Below are positions 9,815 through 19,770 of a stretch of 64,000 nt of DNA, piece after piece. Within the stretch, counting starts at the first letter, position 1, and every line of letters begins with the position of its first letter. The notes beneath the pieces were generated by a model. It did no database searches. It was not told where the DNA came from and was given only the letters and a program-made list of their open reading frames with translations. Source of the DNA: an uncultured Alphaproteobacteria bacterium (GTDB lineage: Bacteria; Pseudomonadota; Alphaproteobacteria; Rhizobiales; Xanthobacteraceae); contig CAWEAS010000013.1 in the NCBI GenBank assembly GCA_963807015.1, positions 175,897 to 239,896 on the forward strand. Reading direction: 5' to 3'. Both the position numbers and the translations under genes were made by a program.

Positions 9815-12400
9815 TCATAAATGCCGCAGCACCGCCGCGGGCTTGCGCCCCAGCGCCGGCCAGCTGCCGACAAGGCCGAACGCCACCGTGATCAAGACCG
9901 CAATCGCGGCGGCTGCAACGGCGGGCACGACCTCCCAGTGAAACGGCAGCGTCATGACGTCGGCAACGACGCCCCAGCCGGCGATCGATCCCGCGGCAAC
10001 ACCAAACATCATCGTCGCGCATCCGAGCAGCAGATATTCGATGGCGTACGCGCTGATGAGCTGCCGGCGCGTGGCACCGAGGGTCTTCAGGATCACTGCA
10101 TCGTACACGCGGTGGCGGTGGGCGGCCGCGAGCGCGCCGCCGAGCACCAGCGCTGCGGCAGCAAGCGTCAGCGCGCTCGCGATCCTCACCGCGAGCACGA
10201 GATTGACGACGATGCCGGCGAAAGCGTCGAGGGCATCCTTGACCCTGACCGCGGTGACGGCCGGGAATGCGTCGGTCACCGCCTTCAGCAGCGCCGTTTC
10301 CTCCGCGACGTTGCCGCCGCCGGGATAGGCCACGGTGGCGATCTCGGTGTAGGGCGCGCCGCTGAACGCCCCCGGCGAGAACACCAGCACGAAATTGATG
10401 CCGAGCGAATTCCAGTCGAGGCTGCGCAGATTGCCGATGTGAGCGGTCATGTTGCGGCCGAGCACGTTGACGGTGATGTCATCGCCGATCTTGAGGCCCA
10501 GTCCGTCAGCAATCTGTTTCTCCATCGAGACGAGCGGCGGCCCGGAATAATCCGCGCCCCACCATTCGCCGGCGACCACCCGCGAGCCGGCCGGAATCTT
10601 TGCCGCGAAGGTCAGGCCGCGATCGCTCTGGAGCACCCAGGCGGCGTCAGGCTTCGGCTTGAGGTCCTCGGCTGGAACGCCGCGAGCGCCGACAATCCGT
10701 CCGCGCAGCATCGGCACCCGTTCGAGAATGGCGTTGGGCGCCACTTTGTGAACGAAGTCGTCGAACTGCTGGATCTCCTGGGCCGGAATGTCGAGGAAGT
10801 AGAACGCGGGCGCCTTTTCCGGCAGTGCCGCCATGAACTGCTGGCGCAGATTGGCATCGATCTCGAGCACGGTGACGACAAGCGCAAGGCCGAGGCCGAG
10901 CGACATCACGACCGTTGGCGTCCGCGCGCCCGGGCGGTGGATGTTGGCGATCGCAAGCCGCAGCATCGCCGAGCGCGGCCGCGGCAGACGGCGCGCAACA
11001 GCCATGATGAGGAGCGCAAACAGGCGGAGCACACCGAACACGACGATGGCAGAGGCGATGAACGCGGCAGCGATCTTGTGATCGAAGGCAGCAGCGACCG
11101 CGAGCGCCGCAAGCGTGATGCCGGCAACGGCGACCGCGACGATGTAACGGGCGCGCGGCAGCTGCCGCCGCGGCGCGACCTCGTCTCGAAATAGCGCCGA
11201 TACCGGTACGTCATGAGCACGGCCAAGCGGCCACAGCGCAAAGGCCGCCGCGGTCAAGAGACCGTAGGCAAGCGCAAGGGCAAGCTCGCTGGGATAGATG
11301 GACGCGGACAACGGCAGGGGCAGCATGCTGCTGAACAACGCGACGACGACGAAGGGCGCTGCGGCGCCGAGTGCCAAGCCGATGGCGACGCCGACCGCGG
11401 CCAACAGCACGACCTCGATGAAATAGATGGCGACGACACGCGTTCCGGTCGCACCGATCGACTTCATCGTAGCGATATCGTCGCGCTTGCGCTCGAGGTA
11501 ATGCTTCGCCGAATTGGCGACGCCGATGCCGCCGACGAGCAGCGCCGCGAGTCCCACCAGCGTGAGGTACTGGGCAAAGCGTTCGACGTTGCGTTCGAGC
11601 TGCGGGGCTGCCTTGGTGCGGCTGCGAATCTCCCAACCGGCGTCCGGCAATTGCGCCTTGGCAGCCTCGATCACCCCCTGCGCCGCTGCATCGCTCGACG
11701 CGCCCGCCGGCAAGCGCAAGCGGTAATGCCAGCGCACGAGGCTGCCGGGCTGCACCAGGCCGGTCGCGCGCAGCGCCTGCTCGCCGATGAGGAACCGCGG
11801 ACCAAATCCAATCCCGCCGGCAAGCTTGTCGGGTTCGCTCGTCAGCACCGCCCGCACTTCGAACGTCGCTTGTCCCACTGTCAGCCGGGCGCCGGGCTTG
11901 AGATCGAGGCGCGTCAGCAGTGCCGGATCGACGACCGCACCGTAGACGCCGTTGTCGCGCCCGAGCAACACCGCGAGGTCGCCGGCCGGCTCGGTGCGGA
12001 CCGAGCCGTAGAGCGGATAGGCCGCGTCGACCGCCTTGACCTCGACGAGCGCAAGGCGGTCATCGCCGGCGCGCGCGATCGCCCGCATGGTGGCCGCAAC
12101 CGAGACGTCGCCGTGGGCGGCGAGGAACGCCCTCTCCTGCGCGTTCGCTTCGCGCTGGATCAGGGAAAATGCGACATCGCCGCCGAGGATCACGCGGCCT
12201 TCGCGACCGATCCCATCGGCAAGGCCGCGCGCGAACGAGCCTACCGCGGCGATTGCCGCGACGCCGATCGCGATGCAGGCGATGAAGACGTAAAACCCGC
12301 GCACGCCACCGCGCAGTTCGCGCAGCGCGAGCCGCCACGTCAGGGCGAAGCCGGGTTGACCGACGGCAGGCGCGCGCGGGGGAAAGGCGGGCGCGTTCAT
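9815..12400 (-). CDS. ABC transporter permease with duplicated FtsX domains (YbbP/LolE-like)
   Basis: 861-aa polytopic protein with two FtsX-type 4-TM modules and large periplasmic loops. Its start overlaps the stop of the ATPase gene. Confidence 0.85.
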   Translation of the reverse strand: MNAPAFPPRAPAVGQPGFALTWRLALRELRGGVRGFYVFIACIAIGVAAIAAVGSFARGLADGIGREGRVILGGDVAFSLIQREANAQERAFLAAHGDVSVAATMRAIARAGDDRLALVEVKAVDAAYPLYGSVRTEPAGDLAVLLGRDNGVYGAVVDPALLTRLDLKPGARLTVGQATFEVRAVLTSEPDKLAGGIGFGPRFLIGEQALRATGLVQPGSLVRWHYRLRLPAGASSDAAAQGVIEAAKAQLPDAGWEIRSRTKAAPQLERNVERFAQYLTLVGLAALLVGGIGVANSAKHYLERKRDDIATMKSIGATGTRVVAIYFIEVVLLAAVGVAIGLALGAAAPFVVVALFSSMLPLPLSASIYPSELALALAYGLLTAAAFALWPLGRAHDVPVSALFRDEVAPRRQLPRARYIVAVAVAGITLAALAVAAAFDHKIAAAFIASAIVVFGVLRLFALLIMAVARRLPRPRSAMLRLAIANIHRPGARTPTVVMSLGLGLALVVTVLEIDANLRQQFMAALPEKAPAFYFLDIPAQEIQQFDDFVHKVAPNAILERVPMLRGRIVGARGVPAEDLKPKPDAAWVLQSDRGLTFAAKIPAGSRVVAGEWWGADYSGPPLVSMEKQIADGLGLKIGDDITVNVLGRNMTAHIGNLRSLDWNSLGINFVLVFSPGAFSGAPYTEIATVAYPGGGNVAEETALLKAVTDAFPAVTAVRVKDALDAFAGIVVNLVLAVRIASALTLAAAALVLGGALAAAHRHRVYDAVILKTLGATRRQLISAYAIEYLLLGCATMMFGVAAGSIAGWGVVADVMTLPFHWEVVPAVAAAAIAVLITVAFGLVGSWPALGRKPAAVLRHL

Positions 12401-13110
12401 GCGGAAGCGACCTCTTCTTCGACATGGCCGGAGCGCAGTCGCACGACGCGGTCGCAGCGTTTGGCGAGCGCGAGATCATGGGTCACCAGCACGAGCGTCA
12501 TCTTCTCCGCGGCAAACCGCGCGAACATGAGATCGATCACTTCGGTACCCGTGGCCTCATCGAGATTGCCGGTCGGCTCGTCGGCAATGATGATCGACGG
12601 GCTCGGCGCGAGCGCGCGCGCAAGCGCAATGCGCTGCTGCTCGCCGCCGGAGAGCTGTGCCGGATAATGGCTGGCGCGCGCCGCAAGCCCGACCGCGGCA
12701 AGTTCCGTGGCCGCGCGCTCGAACGCATCCCGCACGCCGGCGAGTTCGAGCGGCACTGCGACGTTCTCAAGCGCCGTCATGGTCGGGATGAGGTGGAAAG
12801 ATTGGAATACGATGCCCACTTGGCGGCCACGGAAGCGCGCAAGCGCATCTTCATCGAGTTGGCCGATGTCCTGGCCTGCGACGATCACGGTGCCTTCATC
12901 GGGGCGTTCGAGCCCGGCCATGACCATCAGCAAGGTCGACTTGCCGGAACCCGACGGCCCGAGCAGGCCGACCGCCTCGCCACGGCCTATATCAAGGGCA
13001 ATGTCCTTGAGGATATGCACCCGTGCGGCGCCGTGACCGAGGGAGAGATTGACGCCCGTGAGCGAAATTGCCGGTATAACGGGGCGCGTCGTCGCTGAGG
13101 TAGCATCCAT
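12397..13110 (-). CDS. ABC transporter ATP-binding protein (YbbA/LolD-like)
   Basis: Walker A motif [11 protein letters not shown], signature [15 protein letters not shown] and Walker [13 protein letters not shown]. The true start is ATG 13110 ([10 protein letters not shown]); the longer ORF upstream of it is non-coding overprint. Confidence 0.85.
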   Translation of the reverse strand: MDATSATTRPVIPAISLTGVNLSLGHGAARVHILKDIALDIGRGEAVGLLGPSGSGKSTLLMVMAGLERPDEGTVIVAGQDIGQLDEDALARFRGRQVGIVFQSFHLIPTMTALENVAVPLELAGVRDAFERAATELAAVGLAARASHYPAQLSGGEQQRIALARALAPSPSIIIADEPTGNLDEATGTEVIDLMFARFAAEKMTLVLVTHDLALAKRCDRVVRLRSGHVEEEVASA

Positions 13111-13198
13111 GGGATTCGTGAATTTCCGTGTCGTCCGCGTGAGTTCGGGTCGGTCGCCGCGCTCATATGGGAAATTCCCGGGCCGAGTGAAGAGCCGA

Positions 13199-13864
13199 GT
13201 GAAGATAGGCGCCTGGGCGACCGCTGTCATAATTCTTTGCGCCGGAATCGGGGCGGCCGGCCCCGTGCGCGCCGCCGACCCGCAAGTGAAGATCGTTGCG
13301 CTCGGCGATTCGCTGACGGCCGGGTTCGGACTGCGCGCGAACGAAGCCTTCCCGGTCAAACTGCAGCAGGCGCTCATCGCCACGGGACAAAACGTCAGCA
13401 TCGCCAATGCCGGTGTGTCCGGCGATACCGCGTCAGGCGGGCTCGCGCGGCTCGATTGGTCGGTGCCGGAGGGGACCGATGGCGTCATCATCGAGCTCGG
13501 CGCGAACGACGCGCTGCGCGGGGTCGATCCGAAAATCACCCGCAAGGCACTCAGCGACATCCTGAACCGGCTTCAGCAGCGCAAGATCCCGGTCCTTCTC
13601 TGCGGCATGTTGGCACCCCGCAATCTGGACGACGAGTATCGCCGCGCCTTTGACAGCATCTACCCGGACCTGGTGGCCAAGTACGGGGCGATCCTCTATC
13701 CGTTCTTCCTCGACGGGGTCGCTTTGGAAGCAAAGCTCAATCAACACGATGGACTGCATCCGACCGCCGCCGGGGTCGACGTCATCGTAAAAAATATCTT
13801 GCCCGCCGCGGAGGCGCTGGTGGCCAAGGCGCGGGCGGCCGAAAACGGCGCCTCATTGCGTTGA
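13199..13864 (+). CDS. tesA: SGNH/GDSL arylesterase (TesA-like acyl-CoA thioesterase I / lysophospholipase)
   Basis: Signal peptide then GDSLTAG block I. It lies divergent to the ybbA-ybbP-like pair, matching E. coli tesA-ybbA-ybbP synteny. A GTG start is proposed. Confidence 0.8.
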   Translation: MKIGAWATAVIILCAGIGAAGPVRAADPQVKIVALGDSLTAGFGLRANEAFPVKLQQALIATGQNVSIANAGVSGDTASGGLARLDWSVPEGTDGVIIELGANDALRGVDPKITRKALSDILNRLQQRKIPVLLCGMLAPRNLDDEYRRAFDSIYPDLVAKYGAILYPFFLDGVALEAKLNQHDGLHPTAAGVDVIVKNILPAAEALVAKARAAENGASLR

Positions 13865-13911
13865 GCGCCCGAATCCGCACATAAAAGGGTATCGCAGTGT
13901 AGTTTGCCGCC

Positions 13912-14442
13912 ATGCCTCGCCTCTTTACCGCCGTCGAAATCCCTTCGGAGATCGGCCAGTCGCTGGCGCTGCTGCGCGGCGGCCTGCCGGGTGCACGCTG
14001 GATCGACCCCGAAAATTATCACCTGACGCTGCGCTTCATCGGCGACATCGACGATGCCCTCGCCCACGAAATCGCGTTCATGCTGGGCAAGGTCAAACGC
14101 GCGCCCTTCGACCTGCGCATCGAAGGCCTCGATTCCTTCGGCGGCAACAAGCCTCGCGCCGTGGTCGCGGCGGTGCGCGCCGTGCCGCAACTCGTCGAAC
14201 TCCAAGCCGACCACGAACGGCTGATGCAACGGGTCGGCCTCGAGCCCGATCGCAAATACAAGCCTCACGTGACGCTCGCGCGGTTGCGCGACGCCTCGAG
14301 CCGCGATGTGGCAGCGTATCTCTCCACCCGTCCGTTCCGCTCGACGTCGTTTCCCGTATCGCGCTTCGTGCTCTATTCTTCCCGCTCCTCCGTCGGCGGC
14401 GGGCCGTACGTGGTCGAGGCCGAGTACCCGCTCGCCGCGTGA
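13912..14442 (+). CDS. thpR: RNA 2',3'-cyclic phosphodiesterase ThpR (LigT family)
   Basis: Two H-x-T/S-x motifs (HLTLRF and HVTLARL) characteristic of the 2H phosphoesterase superfamily. Confidence 0.85.
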   Translation: MPRLFTAVEIPSEIGQSLALLRGGLPGARWIDPENYHLTLRFIGDIDDALAHEIAFMLGKVKRAPFDLRIEGLDSFGGNKPRAVVAAVRAVPQLVELQADHERLMQRVGLEPDRKYKPHVTLARLRDASSRDVAAYLSTRPFRSTSFPVSRFVLYSSRSSVGGGPYVVEAEYPLAA

Positions 14443-14579
14443 GCCGGGTTCCACACCTGCCGCCACTGCAACCCAGGCGTTTCCCTCGCCGCTCCATGCT
14501 GCTATGACCTTGCCCCAGGGGCCCGTTGCCGGCGCCGAGCCATAAAGCGCGTGCGCCGGCAGCGCGAAGGGGAAGGTTC

Positions 14580-15671
14580 ATGACCGCGCTGACGCTGTCA
14601 CGCTATTTTGCTCACCGCTTCCTGGTGGCGGTGGTCGGCGTGTTCGTCGGCGTCTTCGTGCTGGTCGCGCTCGTCGATTACATCGACCTCATGCGCAAGG
14701 CCGCCGATGTCCCCAATGCGCCGACCGGGCAGGTCATCCTGATGTCGGTCTACCGCGTTCCACAGATCATGGAGCGCCTGTTTCCGTTCAGCGTCCTGAT
14801 CGGCGCCATGGCCTGCTACCTCAGCCTGTCGCGGCGGATGGAACTCGTGGTCGCGCGCGGCGCCGGCATGTCGGTCTGGCAGATCATCACCCCGGCCCTC
14901 GTCGTCGCACTGCTGCTCGGAGCGTTTGCGACCCTCGTCTACAATCCGGCGTCGGCGGCGCTGCGCGAAGCCTCGAAGCGCATCGAGTCGCAGATCTTTG
15001 GGCAAGGCCAGTCGGCACTCGAAGGCTACAGCAACGGCTATTGGGTGAGGCAGCGCGGCATCGACGGCGAATCGATCCTCAACGCGGTGCAAAGCCACGA
15101 CCAGGGCCTGCGGCTCACCACCATCGTGGCGTTCACGTTCAGCTCGACCGGCGAGTTCAAGGAGCGGATCGAGGCGCAGAGTGCCGAGCTTCAGCGCGGC
15201 GGCTGGCTCCTGAGCCAAGCGAGAGTCTTCGCCGTCAACGCGCCGGCGCAGGACTTCGACACCTACATCCTGCCGACCCGGCTGACGCGCGAACAGGTCG
15301 CCGAGAGCTTTGCCGCGCCGGACACGGTCGGCTTCTGGCATTTGCCGACCTACATCCGCTTCGCTGAAGACTCAGGCTTTGCCGCGGCCGGCTATCGGCT
15401 GCAGTACCAGCTTCTGATCGCGCGGCCGTTCCTGCTGGCTGCGATGATCCTGCTCGCCGGCTCGGTGAGCTTGCGAGCGTTCCGGTTCGGCGGCGTGCCA
15501 CAGCGAATCCTGCTCGGCATCGCGGCCGGCTTTTCGATCTACGTGCTGTCCAAGGTGACCGAAGACCTGAGCAAAGCCGAACTGCTGACGCCGGTCCTCG
15601 CGGCCTGGCTGCCGATCGTCGCCGGCGGCCTCTCCGGCTTCCTCGTCCTGCTGTGGGAAGAGGACGGGTGA
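14580..15671 (+). CDS. lptG: LptF/LptG-family LPS export permease
   Basis: 6-TM YjgP/YjgQ-family protein. A GGAAGG RBS precedes ATG 14580 (MTALTLSRYF). Confidence 0.75.
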   Translation: MTALTLSRYFAHRFLVAVVGVFVGVFVLVALVDYIDLMRKAADVPNAPTGQVILMSVYRVPQIMERLFPFSVLIGAMACYLSLSRRMELVVARGAGMSVWQIITPALVVALLLGAFATLVYNPASAALREASKRIESQIFGQGQSALEGYSNGYWVRQRGIDGESILNAVQSHDQGLRLTTIVAFTFSSTGEFKERIEAQSAELQRGGWLLSQARVFAVNAPAQDFDTYILPTRLTREQVAESFAAPDTVGFWHLPTYIRFAEDSGFAAAGYRLQYQLLIARPFLLAAMILLAGSVSLRAFRFGGVPQRILLGIAAGFSIYVLSKVTEDLSKAELLTPVLAAWLPIVAGGLSGFLVLLWEEDG

Positions 15672-15727
15672 ACAGGGGTCAGGAGTCAGTCATCAGAAGA
15701 GCAGTATCTGCCTTCTCTGATTACTGA

Positions 15728-17368
15728 TCACTGCGCGACCGCGGCCTCTCCCGTCGTTTCGAGATTGAAGGCGGCGGAGAAGAGGGCGCGAGTGTAGGGC
15801 GACTTCGGCTTCGCGAAGATGTCGGCTGCGGCGCCTTCCTCGACTACTTTGCCGTTGCGCATGACGATGAGCTTGCTCGCGAGCGCCGCCACGACCTTGA
15901 GGTCGTGGGAGATGAACATGTAAGTCAAATTCTTGCGCTTCTGCAGGTCGCGCAAGAGATCGACGATCTGGGCCTGAATCAGCATGTCGAGCGCCGAGGT
16001 CGGCTCATCGAGTACCACGAAAGTGGGCTCCAGTGCGACGGCGCGGGCGACGGCGATGCGCTGGCGCTGGCCGCCGGAGAACTCGTGCGGATAGCGCGAG
16101 CGGCACATCGGATCGAGGCCGACTTCCTTCATGGCGCGTATGACGCGCTCTTCCCGCTCGTGGCTCTTGAGGTGCGGCTGGTGGATCGGCAGTCCCTCCT
16201 CGATGACGTCGCCGACGGTCATGCGCGGACTCAATGAACCATAGGGGTCCTGGAACACGATCTGCATGTCGCGCCGGAACGGGCGCATCTGTTTGAATTT
16301 CAGCCCCTGCATCTCGCGGCCGAGAAACACGATCGGCCCCTCGGAGGAGATGAGGCGCAGGATCGCGAGCCCGAGCGTCGTCTTGCCGGAGCCGGATTCG
16401 CCGACGACGCCCAACGTCTCGCCGCGCCTGATCTCGATCGAGACGCCATCGACAGCCTTGATGTGGCCGACGACTTTGCGCATCAGGCCTCTCTTGATCG
16501 GGAACCAGACCTTCAGGTTGTCGGTCTTGATCATGACGTCGCCGCTCGGATTCATCGGCGCCGGCTTGCCCTTCGGTTCGGCGGCAACGAGTTGGCGCGT
16601 GTAGGCATGCTGGGGCGCCGAGAACAACGCCTCGACCGGGCCCTCCTCCACGATCTTGCCGTACCGCATCACGCAGACCCGATCGGCGACCTTGCGCACC
16701 ACGCCGAGATCATGAGTGATGAACAGCACCGCCATCCCGAGGCGCGCCTGGAGGTCCTTGAGAAGCTGGAGGATCTGCGCCTGCACCGTAACGTCAAGCG
16801 CGGTCGTCGGCTCGTCGGCGATCAGCAGGTCGGGGCTGTTCGCGAGCGCCATTGCGATCATGACGCGCTGGCGTTGTCCGCCCGAGAGCTGGTGCGGGAA
16901 GCTCGCCAATCGGCTTTCCGGATCGCGGATGCCGACTTGGCCGAGAAGCTCGATGGTCCGCGCCCGCGCCGCGCGGCCGACGATGCCGCCGTGCAGCAGC
17001 AGGATTTCGGCGATCTGCCTCTCGATGGTGTGCAGCGGATTGAGCGATGTCATCGGCTCCTGGAAGACGATGGTGATGTCCTTGCCGCGCACCTCGCGGA
17101 TCTCGCTCTCGCGCAGGCGCATCAGGTCGCGCCCCTTGAACGTCACGGAGCCGCACGGGTGCGAGCACGCCGGATAGGGCAGAAGCCGCAGGATCGACAG
17201 CGCGGTGACCGACTTGCCGGAGCCGGATTCGCCGACCAGCGCCAATGTCTCGCCCTTGGCGATATCGAAGGACACACGGTCGACGGCGACGAGCCGGTTG
17301 CGACCTTGGCCGAACTCGACCGACAGGTCGCGGACCGAAAGGAGAGGTTGTACCGAAGCGTCCATCAC
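15728..17368 (-). CDS. yejF: ABC transporter ATP-binding protein with duplicated ATPase domains (YejF-like)
   Basis: Two Walker A motifs (GESGSGKS x2), two LSGGQRQR signatures, and an oligopeptide/dipeptide-type C-terminal extension. Confidence 0.85.
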   Translation of the reverse strand: MMDASVQPLLSVRDLSVEFGQGRNRLVAVDRVSFDIAKGETLALVGESGSGKSVTALSILRLLPYPACSHPCGSVTFKGRDLMRLRESEIREVRGKDITIVFQEPMTSLNPLHTIERQIAEILLLHGGIVGRAARARTIELLGQVGIRDPESRLASFPHQLSGGQRQRVMIAMALANSPDLLIADEPTTALDVTVQAQILQLLKDLQARLGMAVLFITHDLGVVRKVADRVCVMRYGKIVEEGPVEALFSAPQHAYTRQLVAAEPKGKPAPMNPSGDVMIKTDNLKVWFPIKRGLMRKVVGHIKAVDGVSIEIRRGETLGVVGESGSGKTTLGLAILRLISSEGPIVFLGREMQGLKFKQMRPFRRDMQIVFQDPYGSLSPRMTVGDVIEEGLPIHQPHLKSHEREERVIRAMKEVGLDPMCRSRYPHEFSGGQRQRIAVARAVALEPTFVVLDEPTSALDMLIQAQIVDLLRDLQKRKNLTYMFISHDLKVVAALASKLIVMRNGKVVEEGAAADIFAKPKSPYTRALFSAAFNLETTGEAAVAQ

Positions 17369-17380
17369 CGGCTCACTTGC

Positions 17381-18622
17381 TCATTTGAAGGTCTTGCGCG
17401 GATCGTAGGCGTCGCGCACGCCTTCGCCGACGAAGATCAATAGCGAAAGCATGATGGCGACGGTGAAGAAGCCCGTGAGCCCGAGCCACGGCGCCTGGAT
17501 GTTGGCCTTGCCCTGCTGGAGCATTTCGCCGAGCGACGGCGACCCGGGCGGCAGGCCGAAGCCAAGGAAGTCGAGCGCGGTGAGCGTCATCACCGAGCCT
17601 GACAGGATGAACGGCACGAACGTCATGGTCGCCACCATCGCGTTCGGCAACAGGTGGCGGAACATGATGACCCGGTTGGTGACGCCGAGCGCGCGGGCCG
17701 CCTGGACGTATTCGAAATTGCGCCCGCGCAGGAATTCGGCGCGGACGAGGCCGACCAGCGACACCCAGGAGAACAGGAGCAGAATCCCGATCAGTATGAA
17801 GAAGCCCGGGATGAACATCGACGATATGATCAACAGCAGATAAAGCTCGTTGATCGACGTCCAGATTTCGATGAAACGCTGGAACAAAAGATCGGTCCAG
17901 CCGCCGAAATAGCCTTGCACCGCGCCGGCCCCGATGCCGATCACCGACGACACCGCCGTCAGCACCAGGCCGAACAGCACCGAAAGGCGGAATCCGTAGA
18001 GCATGCGCGCGACGACGTCGCGGCCCTGGTCGTCAGTGCCGAGCCAGTTGTATTCGAGGTCCCGGCAGCCCGACAGGTGGTTCTTCTCCACGACCGCCTG
18101 GCATTCCTTCTCGGTCAGCATCCAGGTCGGCTTCGACGGCGCCGGCGTCGGCAGATCGAGATTGTGGGTATCGTAAGAGAACCGGATCGGCGGCCAGATC
18201 ATGTGGCCGCCCTTGTCGGCAATGAGCTTTTGCAGGAACGGATCGCGATAGTCGGCGGCCGTCTCGAAGTCGCCGCCGAAGGTCGTCTCAGGATAGGCGA
18301 AGAACACCGGGAAGTAGAGCTTACCCTCGAAACTCACGACAAACGGCTTGTCGTTCGCGATCAGCTCGGCACACATCGAGACCACGAAGAGAACGAGGAA
18401 CAGCCACAGCGACCAGTAGCCGCGCTTGTTGGATTTGAAGTTGTCCCAACGCCGGCGGTTGAGCGGCGACAACGCAAAGCGCGACCGCGTGCGCAACGGG
18501 ATGTCGGGTCCGACCGGCGCCACATCGAGGATCGGGGGCGCCTCATGCGAAGCGCGATCCGGGACCGGGTGCCGCAACACACGGTCTTCGGGTTCGGGCT
18601 CGAGGGTGGTGCGGTCGTCCAT
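17381..18622 (-). CDS. yejE: ABC transporter permease (YejE-like)
   Basis: BPD-transport permease with a long N-terminal periplasmic region, in an operon with yejF and yejB. Confidence 0.8.
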   Translation of the reverse strand: MDDRTTLEPEPEDRVLRHPVPDRASHEAPPILDVAPVGPDIPLRTRSRFALSPLNRRRWDNFKSNKRGYWSLWLFLVLFVVSMCAELIANDKPFVVSFEGKLYFPVFFAYPETTFGGDFETAADYRDPFLQKLIADKGGHMIWPPIRFSYDTHNLDLPTPAPSKPTWMLTEKECQAVVEKNHLSGCRDLEYNWLGTDDQGRDVVARMLYGFRLSVLFGLVLTAVSSVIGIGAGAVQGYFGGWTDLLFQRFIEIWTSINELYLLLIISSMFIPGFFILIGILLLFSWVSLVGLVRAEFLRGRNFEYVQAARALGVTNRVIMFRHLLPNAMVATMTFVPFILSGSVMTLTALDFLGFGLPPGSPSLGEMLQQGKANIQAPWLGLTGFFTVAIMLSLLIFVGEGVRDAYDPRKTFK

Positions 18623-18623
18623 C

Positions 18624-19739
18624 TCAAACCTCTCGCGTCTCGAAATCGATCCGCGGATCGGTCCAAGTATAGGTCAGATCGGCGATGAGGTTGAGCACAA
18701 GCCCGACCAGGGAGAAGATATAGAGGGTTGCAAACACAACCGGGTAGTCGCGGTTGAGCACGCTCTCGAACCCGAGCAGGCCGAGACCGTCGAGCGAAAA
18801 GATCGTCTCGATCAGCACCGAGCCGGCGAAGAAGGCGTGGACGAAAGCGCCGGGAAAGCCGGCAATGATCAGCAGCATCGCATTGCGGAAGACGTGACCG
18901 TACAGCACCTGGCGGTCGGTGCAGCCCTTGGCGCGGGCGGTCAGCACGTACTGCTTGCGGATTTCATCGAGGAAGCAATTCTTCGTGAAGATCGTCAAAG
19001 TGGCGAACGCGCCGACGCCGAGCGAGATCAGCGGCAGCGTCAGGTGCCAGAAATAATCGAAAATCTTTCCGTACCACGGCAGCATCGCCCAGTTGTCGGA
19101 GGTGAGCCCGCGCAGCGGAAACCAGTCGAGGAACGATCCGCCGGCGAACACCACGATCAAGAGCACCGCAAACAGGAACCCCGGAATCGCGTTGCCGAGA
19201 ATGATGACGCCCGAGGTCCAGACATCAAAGTGCGTGCCGTCTTTGATGGCCTTCCGGATGCCGAGCGGAATCGAGATCAGGTAGGAGGCCAACATCATCC
19301 AGATGCCGAGCGAGATCGACACCGGCAATTTCTCGCGGACAAGTTCAAGCACGGTGGTGTCGCGGAAATAGCTGCGGCCGAAGTCGAACCGCGCGTAGTT
19401 CCACATCATGATGAAGAAGCGCTCGTAGGCCGGCTTGTCGAAGCCGAACTGCTTCTCCAGGCGCTTGATGAATTCCGGATCGAGACCCTGGGCGCCGCGA
19501 TATTTCGATGTGGCAGCGTCGAGCTGGCCGGCGCCCTGCACGCCGCCGCGGGCACCGAAATCGCCGCCGGCAGAGCCGGAGATGCGCGAGGTCGCCCCGG
19601 TGTCGGAGCCTGACAGCTGGGCAATGATCCGCTCGATCGGTCCGCCCGGCGCAAACTGCACGACGGCGAACGAGACGAGCATGATGCCGAACAGCGTCGG
19701 GATCATCAGCAGGACGCGGCGGAGGATGTATGCGGACAT
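18624..19739 (-). CDS. yejB: ABC transporter permease (YejB-like)
   Basis: DppB/OppB-type permease with N-terminus MSAYILRRVLLMIPTLFGIMLVSF. Confidence 0.8.
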   Translation of the reverse strand: MSAYILRRVLLMIPTLFGIMLVSFAVVQFAPGGPIERIIAQLSGSDTGATSRISGSAGGDFGARGGVQGAGQLDAATSKYRGAQGLDPEFIKRLEKQFGFDKPAYERFFIMMWNYARFDFGRSYFRDTTVLELVREKLPVSISLGIWMMLASYLISIPLGIRKAIKDGTHFDVWTSGVIILGNAIPGFLFAVLLIVVFAGGSFLDWFPLRGLTSDNWAMLPWYGKIFDYFWHLTLPLISLGVGAFATLTIFTKNCFLDEIRKQYVLTARAKGCTDRQVLYGHVFRNAMLLIIAGFPGAFVHAFFAGSVLIETIFSLDGLGLLGFESVLNRDYPVVFATLYIFSLVGLVLNLIADLTYTWTDPRIDFETREV

Positions 19740-19770
19740 GCGGCTCTATTCGATCACGATGGATGAGGGT

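Noticed and set aside
9821-12667. Long plus-strand ORFs (9821-11194 and 11213-12667) opposite the ABC permease/ATPase
   Set aside because: They are antisense shadow ORFs in 65% GC DNA. Their translations are Arg/Asp/Gly-rich with no motifs, while the minus-strand genes have clear Walker and FtsX features.
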